Shown here: in pieces, positions 58,033-64,000 of the stretch
Layout: the number at the start of each line of letters is the position of its first letter
Position numbering within the stretch: position 1 is the stretch's first letter
NCBI GenBank assembly: GCA_039811685.1
Contig: JBDHZC010000002.1
Location: 480,001-544,000, forward strand
From: Armatimonadota bacterium
GTDB taxonomy: Bacteria > Armatimonadota > UBA5829 > DSUL01
Length of the DNA: 64,000 bases
Direction of reading: 5' to 3'
Position numbers and translations under genes: made by a program
Notes under the pieces: generated by a model
Database searches by the model: none
Seen by the model: the letters and a program-made list of their open reading frames with translations, nothing else
What the model was told of the DNA's origin: nothing

Positions 58033-60123
58033 TTGCGACTTATCCACCTGCGACTCGCCACTTTCGCCCTTCTCGCCGCCCTGTCTGCGCCAGGCTCGGC
58101 CGCTATCTACGTCTCTCAGTCCGCGCCCGGTCCGCTGCACAACGGCGCGTCATGGCTAAGCGCCTACAAGTCACTGTCGCAGGCGCTCAGTGTGGCGACA
58201 GCTGGGTCTCAAGTGTGGGTAGCGCGGGGGACATACGTCGGGACGTTTACGGTGCCGGCGAACGTCGCTGTGTTCGGAGGCTTCGCGGGCACGGAGAGCG
58301 CTCTGGCCGGCAGAAATCCCAACAGCAACCGCACAATTCTTGACGGTGCGCTGGCCGGCTCTGTCGTGACGATAAACGCAGGATCTCAGGTGGACAGCTT
58401 CACGATCCGAAACGGCCGCAGCTCATCCGGAGCCGGTATCGTCGGGACTAACGCGATCGGCGCGATTATCTCCAATAACACCATCGAGAATAACACCAGC
58501 ACATCCGATGGAGGCGGAATCTATCTGTACTCCAACGGCTGGTCCAACAGGGTCATCATCAGGGGCAATCTCGTACGAGGCAATTCTTCCGGTGGCAGTG
58601 GAGGGGGCATGGGACTCTACGGTCCTGGCCATACGGAAGCGGACTCTCCACAGCTCTTTGACAACGTCGTGCGTGACAACAAAGCCGCTACGGATGGTGG
58701 CGGTATCTGGGCCTACTTCTCAACACCGCGCGTTGAGCGCAACATGATCTGGAAAAACCGCACAGGCAGAAACGGCGGCGGTCTGTTCATCTATCACAGC
58801 TACGCAACAATCATCTGGAATCACTTCTGGATGAACCGCGCCGACTCCCCCACAAAGGGCGGTGGCGCGCTGTTTATCGACTTCCACTCGACGCCAACCG
58901 TTGCCGACAATATCTTTGACCGCAACACTGCCTTTCAGGGCGGCGGCACGTGGAACGAGTACCAGAGCCAGGCTAAAACCTGGCGCAACATCTTTACAGG
59001 CAATACAGCCACTTCCGGCGCGGGCATCTACATTGCTCAGGGCGCCTCACCGGAAGTTACCAACAGTCTTTTCCTTCGCAACAAAGCCGCCTACGGCGGC
59101 GCGGTAAGCGCGGACTATCCGTCCTCCTCACCCGGTTTCAAGTTTACGCACAACACTGTCGTTTCCAACTCTGCGACGGTCTCTGGCTCAGCGCTGTCTC
59201 TTACGCGCTACGCCAGCGCGGGTGTGGCTAACAACATCTTTGCGCACAACTCCGCCCCGGATGGCACGATAGCGCGAGACTCCACCTCCTGGCCAAACCT
59301 GGTGGGCAACGACTTCTGGCAAAATACAGGCAGCAATCTCGCCGGTGGGACTGATCCAGTTGGCACGCTTGGCAACATCTCTGCCGACCCGTCCTTCGTC
59401 AACCCCTCAATTGACTGCTACCAGCTTCAGCCTGGCTCCGCCTGCATAGACACGGCCAGCGCCAGTGCCGCAACCACCTATGACCTCAACAACCGCCCGC
59501 GCCCGTTCGACGGAGATTCCAACGGATCCAGCCTTCCGGACATCGGCGCCTATGAATACGGAACCGGTCCGCTGGTGCTCTTTGCTGTGCAGCAAGCCTA
59601 TCAGCTTCCGCCTGGCGTCAGTGTGGCTATCTCTCCGCGTGTCGTGAACGGCTCGTGGGAACAGGGCTTCTTCGTGCAGGACTTTGACAGGACGCGCGGA
59701 CTGAAGATCGAAACCTCCGCAACGCCTCCGCCTGCAGGACGTGTGGTGAGCGCACAGGGAACGCTCTCGGACGCCGCAGGGTACCGCACACTCTCCGCGG
59801 CTTCGTGGGCCGGTACGGACACAGCCTTCGCTCTCGCCCAGCCCCTGGCCATGGCGCTACCGCGTGCAGCGGAGACGATCGGGCTGTCCAACATCGGGCT
59901 GAGCGTGAGCATAACCGGCAAAGTGGAAAACCTGGAAACAGACGGATTCTGGATGAGTATTAACGGACAGTCACTCACGCGCATCTACTGCGATCCTGCG
60001 TGGATTCCCGTCTCCGGCAAGACCTGCACGGTGATTGGAGTCGTTGACTACGACCCCGTCTCTGCGCCTGGCGGACGCATTGTCCGAGCGCGTACAGCCT
60101 GGGACATCATCCAGCAGGACTGA
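58033..60123 (+). CDS. Secreted right-handed beta-helix protein with choice-of-anchor-Q-like segment and divergent conserved C-terminal domain
   Basis: Signal peptide, GASWLSAY and VWVARGTY motifs, N.A..GGG repeats, ADPSFV...LQPGSACID...DIGAYE and the CTD. Confidence 0.85.
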   Translation: MRLIHLRLATFALLAALSAPGSAAIYVSQSAPGPLHNGASWLSAYKSLSQALSVATAGSQVWVARGTYVGTFTVPANVAVFGGFAGTESALAGRNPNSNRTILDGALAGSVVTINAGSQVDSFTIRNGRSSSGAGIVGTNAIGAIISNNTIENNTSTSDGGGIYLYSNGWSNRVIIRGNLVRGNSSGGSGGGMGLYGPGHTEADSPQLFDNVVRDNKAATDGGGIWAYFSTPRVERNMIWKNRTGRNGGGLFIYHSYATIIWNHFWMNRADSPTKGGGALFIDFHSTPTVADNIFDRNTAFQGGGTWNEYQSQAKTWRNIFTGNTATSGAGIYIAQGASPEVTNSLFLRNKAAYGGAVSADYPSSSPGFKFTHNTVVSNSATVSGSALSLTRYASAGVANNIFAHNSAPDGTIARDSTSWPNLVGNDFWQNTGSNLAGGTDPVGTLGNISADPSFVNPSIDCYQLQPGSACIDTASASAATTYDLNNRPRPFDGDSNGSSLPDIGAYEYGTGPLVLFAVQQAYQLPPGVSVAISPRVVNGSWEQGFFVQDFDRTRGLKIETSATPPPAGRVVSAQGTLSDAAGYRTLSAASWAGTDTAFALAQPLAMALPRAAETIGLSNIGLSVSITGKVENLETDGFWMSINGQSLTRIYCDPAWIPVSGKTCTVIGVVDYDPVSAPGGRIVRARTAWDIIQQD

Positions 60124-60226
60124 GCTCAGCGCTCAGACGCCAGGCCGTTGCACGCGAACAGCCGAAGCGATTGGTCTGGCGGCTGTCTGGCAGGACTCTG
60201 GGGGAGGTCTGGCTAAGACAGCAAGC

Positions 60227-61948
60227 ATGAAACCTTTCTTGACACCGATTTTCGCCTGCGCCATTGGCGCGGCTGCTCTGGCCACAGGCTGTCTGCCTGC
60301 GTTTGCGGTTACGCCCTCTGAGGTCGCGTCATCCCTGACAGTAAACGTGCGCGACTTCGGCGCGAAGGGTGACGGCCGGACTGACGATACAGGCGCCTTT
60401 GAGGCGGCGATGAAAACGCTTGCCGGGAAAGGCGGTATCGTCTCGGTTCCCGCTGGCAACTACATGATAAAGACTCACCTCACTGTGCCTGCGATGGTGA
60501 CTCTGGAAGGCGTATGGCGCTCTCCGACCTCCTGGACGCAGAACAAGGGCGCCACACTTCTGGCTGTGGAAGGCGCCGGCTCCGAGGAGGGTCCCGCCTT
60601 CATCACCCTGAACGCCAACTCAACCATCAAAGGATTGACGGTCTTTTATCCAAATCAGGACCCGTCAAAAATCGCCGCCTACCCCTGGTGCGTGCGCAAC
60701 GCTCCCGGCGACAACTGCGCGATTATTGACTGCCTGCTCGTGAATCCCTACCAGGCCGTGGACTTCGGCACAAACCCGAGCGGGCGGCACTACATTCGCA
60801 ATCTGTACGGCCAACCTCTGCGGCGAGGCATTTTTGTGGACAAATGTCTTGACATCGGGCGCATTGAGAACGTCCACTTCTGGCCCTTCTGGACATGGGA
60901 GGAAAAAACTGGCATCCGTGATTGGCTATGGAAGAACGGAGAAGCTTTTATCTTCGGGCGCACAGACTGGGAGTACGTGTTCAACACCTTCTGCTTTGGC
61001 TACCGGGTGGGTTACAGGTTCATCAAGACCAAAGACGGCGCAATGAACGGCAACCTTCTGGGTATCGCGGCTGACGCTGCCAACATTGCGGTGCTCGTGG
61101 AAGAGACCCAGCTTTTCGGGCTTCTTATCACCAACGGCGAGTTTGTAGCCATGGGCGGGCCCAAACCTACGGAAGTAGTCGTCAAAGATACACACACGGG
61201 CACAGTACAGTTCTCAAACTGTTCCTTCTGGGGGCCGGGCTACCAGATCGCTTCTATTGCCGGCAGAGGCAACCTCACCTTCAACGCATGCAACTTTGTG
61301 GAGTGGGATACCGCCAATCAGAGCGTCCCCGCTATTGACGTCTCAGGCGGCAAGGTGACAGTGAGCGCATCGTACTTCATGAAAGACGCGCCGCAGATGA
61401 ACCTGCGCGCAGACGCCCAGAGCGCAATCTTTATGGGCAATCACGTCGCAGGCAATGTGAAAGTTACAAACCCTGCAAGTGCGAGCCTGCAGGTGGGACT
61501 CAACGCTGAACCAAAGCGTCCAGTCGAGCAGAAAGGCGCAATTGTCGTGGACGATTCTGATGGACTGCCAGAAGTCTCGTTCACCAAGGGCTGGATTCAA
61601 ACCAGGCACCCCGGAACCTATCATCTGGGCACGCACTGGGCATGGAAGGGCAGCGGCACAGAACGCGCCACCTTCCGCCCACTCATCCCCCGCACGGGCA
61701 GCTACGACGTTTACGTCTACGTCAGCGCCGACGCCAATGAAGACCACGCCACCAACGCGCCGGTTACCGTGCGCTCCCGAGCTGGCCTCAAGACTGTACA
61801 CGTTGATCTCAGCAAAGCCAAAGGCGCATGGAAGAAGATTGGAACCTTCACCTTCGCCGGTGGGCAACGCGCGGAGATAACCTTCACTAACAACGCCAAC
61901 GGCAATGTGGTGGCGGACGCTGTGAAGCTGACGCCCCACTCAAAGTGA
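60227..61948 (+). CDS. Pectate_lyase_3/GH55-like beta-helix protein with C-terminal golvesin-like CBM
   Basis: VNVRDFGAKGDGRTDDTGAF and VPAGNY motifs. C-terminal IVVDD...GSYDVYV...W..IGTF.F...VVADAVK. Confidence 0.85.
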   Translation: MKPFLTPIFACAIGAAALATGCLPAFAVTPSEVASSLTVNVRDFGAKGDGRTDDTGAFEAAMKTLAGKGGIVSVPAGNYMIKTHLTVPAMVTLEGVWRSPTSWTQNKGATLLAVEGAGSEEGPAFITLNANSTIKGLTVFYPNQDPSKIAAYPWCVRNAPGDNCAIIDCLLVNPYQAVDFGTNPSGRHYIRNLYGQPLRRGIFVDKCLDIGRIENVHFWPFWTWEEKTGIRDWLWKNGEAFIFGRTDWEYVFNTFCFGYRVGYRFIKTKDGAMNGNLLGIAADAANIAVLVEETQLFGLLITNGEFVAMGGPKPTEVVVKDTHTGTVQFSNCSFWGPGYQIASIAGRGNLTFNACNFVEWDTANQSVPAIDVSGGKVTVSASYFMKDAPQMNLRADAQSAIFMGNHVAGNVKVTNPASASLQVGLNAEPKRPVEQKGAIVVDDSDGLPEVSFTKGWIQTRHPGTYHLGTHWAWKGSGTERATFRPLIPRTGSYDVYVYVSADANEDHATNAPVTVRSRAGLKTVHVDLSKAKGAWKKIGTFTFAGGQRAEITFTNNANGNVVADAVKLTPHSK

Positions 61949-61978
61949 GGCGGGAGGCCCACATCGAAGCGACTTATC

Positions 61979-63067
61979 TCAGCCTTTTACGCCTGAGATA
62001 ACCACACCCTGAATGAAGTAGCGCTGGGCGGCGGCGAAGAGAGCCAGAAGCGGGAGCATGACGACAGTGGCCGCCGCCATCAGCAGCTGCACATCCACCG
62101 AGTGCTCTCCCTGAAACGCATACAGCCCCAGCGCAAGCGTGCGCAGATCAGGGTTTCCCAGATAAATCAGTGGGCCGAGAAAGTCATTCCAGTGCCCCAT
62201 GAAGCTGAAGATCGCTACCGTCGCTACAGCCGGCTTTATCTGGGGCAGAATCACCCGCCCGAACACCTGCGCCGTGGATGCCCCGTCAATTCTGGCCGCT
62301 TCGTCCATCTCCAGAGGGATGCTCATGAAGTACTGGCGCAAGAGAAAGACAAAAAACCCTGACGTCGCAAAAAAAGCCGGTACGGTGAGGGGCAGGAAGG
62401 TGTCGTACCACCCAAGCGTGACAAATATCTTGAAGAGCGGCACCATAGTTACCTGTGCCGGGAGCATCATCGTCGAAAGCAAGACAATAAACAGAGCGTT
62501 GCGCCCCGGAAAGCGCAGTCGCGCGAATCCAAAGGCGACCAGGCAACAGCTTGCCACCTGCCCCACCAACGCAAAAAAGGTGATGAGCAGCGTGTTGCGC
62601 AGATACAACAGAAAGCGGAAATTGGGCGGTGTGAGCGCCTCCGTGTAGTTCTGCCAACGGGCCCCCCATGTCTTGACCGGCGCGACGCTGTCCTCACTGA
62701 GCGTCTGCGTCTGTGCGGGAAGATATGGCAGAGTATCGGGGCGCTCCCGGCCAAGCACGGCCAGGCGCAGCTTTCCCGCCGGCAGCCGCTCAAGCATCGC
62801 GAGATACAGCGGCTTGTCACCGGAAGTGCGATAGACCGGATACTCGGATTTTCCCACCTTCACAACGACCTGACGCCTCGGAATCCACTCGATGTTGCGG
62901 CTGAAGATCTGATCTTTGTCCTTCAGCGATGTGGACAGCATAAAGGCAAAGGGAATCAGGAACACTGCTGTGCCCGCAAGCAGCAGGGCGTAAGCCACCG
63001 CGCGTCCGCGCGCCTCACTTCTGCGGCGGCTGGCGTAAAGACTTCCATGCGCTGGAGCCGCGCTCAT
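61979..63067 (-). CDS. Carbohydrate ABC transporter permease (MalG-like)
   Basis: EMDEAARIDGAS EAA motif, WNDFLGPLIY and QRYFIQG. Confidence 0.95.
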   Translation of the reverse strand: MSAAPAHGSLYASRRRSEARGRAVAYALLLAGTAVFLIPFAFMLSTSLKDKDQIFSRNIEWIPRRQVVVKVGKSEYPVYRTSGDKPLYLAMLERLPAGKLRLAVLGRERPDTLPYLPAQTQTLSEDSVAPVKTWGARWQNYTEALTPPNFRFLLYLRNTLLITFFALVGQVASCCLVAFGFARLRFPGRNALFIVLLSTMMLPAQVTMVPLFKIFVTLGWYDTFLPLTVPAFFATSGFFVFLLRQYFMSIPLEMDEAARIDGASTAQVFGRVILPQIKPAVATVAIFSFMGHWNDFLGPLIYLGNPDLRTLALGLYAFQGEHSVDVQLLMAAATVVMLPLLALFAAAQRYFIQGVVISGVKG

Positions 63068-63999
63068 CCCCGCGCCCTCTCACCCTCGTAGTACACCCAG
63101 CGTTTGCTTGTCCCGAATACTACCAGCGTCAGCGCCAGAATCACCAGAAAAAGAATCCACGCCATCGCGCAGGCGTAACCCATGCTGAAATACTGAAACG
63201 CCTTCTGGTACAGATAGAGCACGTAAAACAGAGTGCTGTAGGCGGGGCTTCCCGCGCCGCCAGTGATGACGAAAGCGCTGACAAATACCTGAAAGCTGGC
63301 GATGATCCCCATGACGACATTGAAGAAGATAGTGGGGCTGATCATGGGAAGCGTCACGTTAACGAACTTGCCCCACGCCGCCGCCCCGTCCAGCTCCGCC
63401 GCTTCGTAAAGCTGCGTCGGCACACTCTGCAGGCCCGCCAGGTAGATGATCATTCCAGCGCCCGCGCCCCAGAGACTCATGATCACGAAAGCCGGGATCG
63501 CCCACTCCGGACTTGTGAGCCACTGCGGACCGTGAATGCCAAACTTCGCCAGAATCAGATTGATGATGCCGGAGTCCGGGTTGAAAATCCACTTCCACAG
63601 CATAGCCACGGCCACTCCAGGCAGAATGGCAGGCAGATAGAAGATGGCGCGGAAGAATGTGAGCCCCTTGACACGCTGATTTAGCAGGACGGCGATAGAC
63701 AGCGACGTGATCACGCCGATGGGCAGCGACATGGCTGTGTACTTCATCGTAACGCCCAGGGACTTGACGAAGCGGAAGTCGTGCCCGAACATCTGGCGAT
63801 AGTTGTCCAGCCCGACAAAGCGCGGCGGATTGAGCATGTCCCAGTCGCACAGGCTCACGTAGAGGGAGAACAGCATCGGCCCAAGCGTAAAGACCAGAAA
63901 GCCGATAATCCAGGGAGCTATGAAGATATAGCCGTCAATAGCCTCGCGCCGGGAGAGCGACCACTTGCGCCTTCCAGCGGCAGAAGGTGGAGAAGAGCT
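63064..63999 (-). CDS. Carbohydrate ABC transporter permease (MalF-like), 5' end outside window
   Basis: FVGLDNY, LYEAAELDGA and MGYACAMAW motifs. The frame is open to the window edge. Confidence 0.95.
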   Translation of the reverse strand, partial: SSSPPSAAGRRKWSLSRREAIDGYIFIAPWIIGFLVFTLGPMLFSLYVSLCDWDMLNPPRFVGLDNYRQMFGHDFRFVKSLGVTMKYTAMSLPIGVITSLSIAVLLNQRVKGLTFFRAIFYLPAILPGVAVAMLWKWIFNPDSGIINLILAKFGIHGPQWLTSPEWAIPAFVIMSLWGAGAGMIIYLAGLQSVPTQLYEAAELDGAAAWGKFVNVTLPMISPTIFFNVVMGIIASFQVFVSAFVITGGAGSPAYSTLFYVLYLYQKAFQYFSMGYACAMAWILFLVILALTLVVFGTSKRWVYYEGERARG

Positions 64000-64000
64000 C

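Noticed and set aside
60035..60226. Upstream extension of the 637-aa ORF overlapping the beta-helix gene
   Set aside because: The signal peptide begins at ATG 60227, and the extension overlaps the previous gene's CTD.

Overview
A GC-rich, diderm bacterial chromosomal region. An Armatimonadota-like origin is my inference from the short BamA, the PEP-CTERM protein and the style of glycoside hydrolases; it is not verified. The window has three blocks. (1) 1-16.4 kb: sugar, stress and housekeeping genes (PP2C phosphatase end, two clan GH-A-like hydrolases, sulfatase, ClC antiporter, SodC, a GT-C/nucleotidyltransferase/GHMP-kinase operon, Hsp20, 4Fe-4S protein). (2) 16.4-38.3 kb: a minus-strand outer-membrane biogenesis operon (comF, then tamB, ECF sigma, bamA, skp, Skp-like lipoprotein, lpxD, lpxC, fabZ, lpxA, lpxB, msbA, waaA, lpxK, lpxL, two GT9). 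(3) 38.5-62 kb: a cluster of secreted/surface proteins, followed by sugar ABC permeases. Main finding: four secreted proteins with unrelated passenger regions (a 2345-aa propeller-rod-propeller giant, a 14-blade repeat protein, a subtilase with CUB domains, a beta-helix protein) all end in the same ~180-205 aa bipartite C-terminal domain terminating in R-x2-4-R-x3-DI. A fifth gene carries a homologous propeller but ends in PEP-CTERM instead. The cluster also holds a LolA-like gene and an orphan secreted protein with a ~460-nt leader. Together these suggest a possibly undescribed surface sorting/anchoring system. Secondary findings are an lpxB with no canonical start codon, an FNR/CRP-type box at exactly -41.5, a candidate Hsp20 RNA thermometer and a sigma54 site before the PEP-CTERM gene. 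No tRNA, rRNA, CRISPR array or mobile element was recognised.
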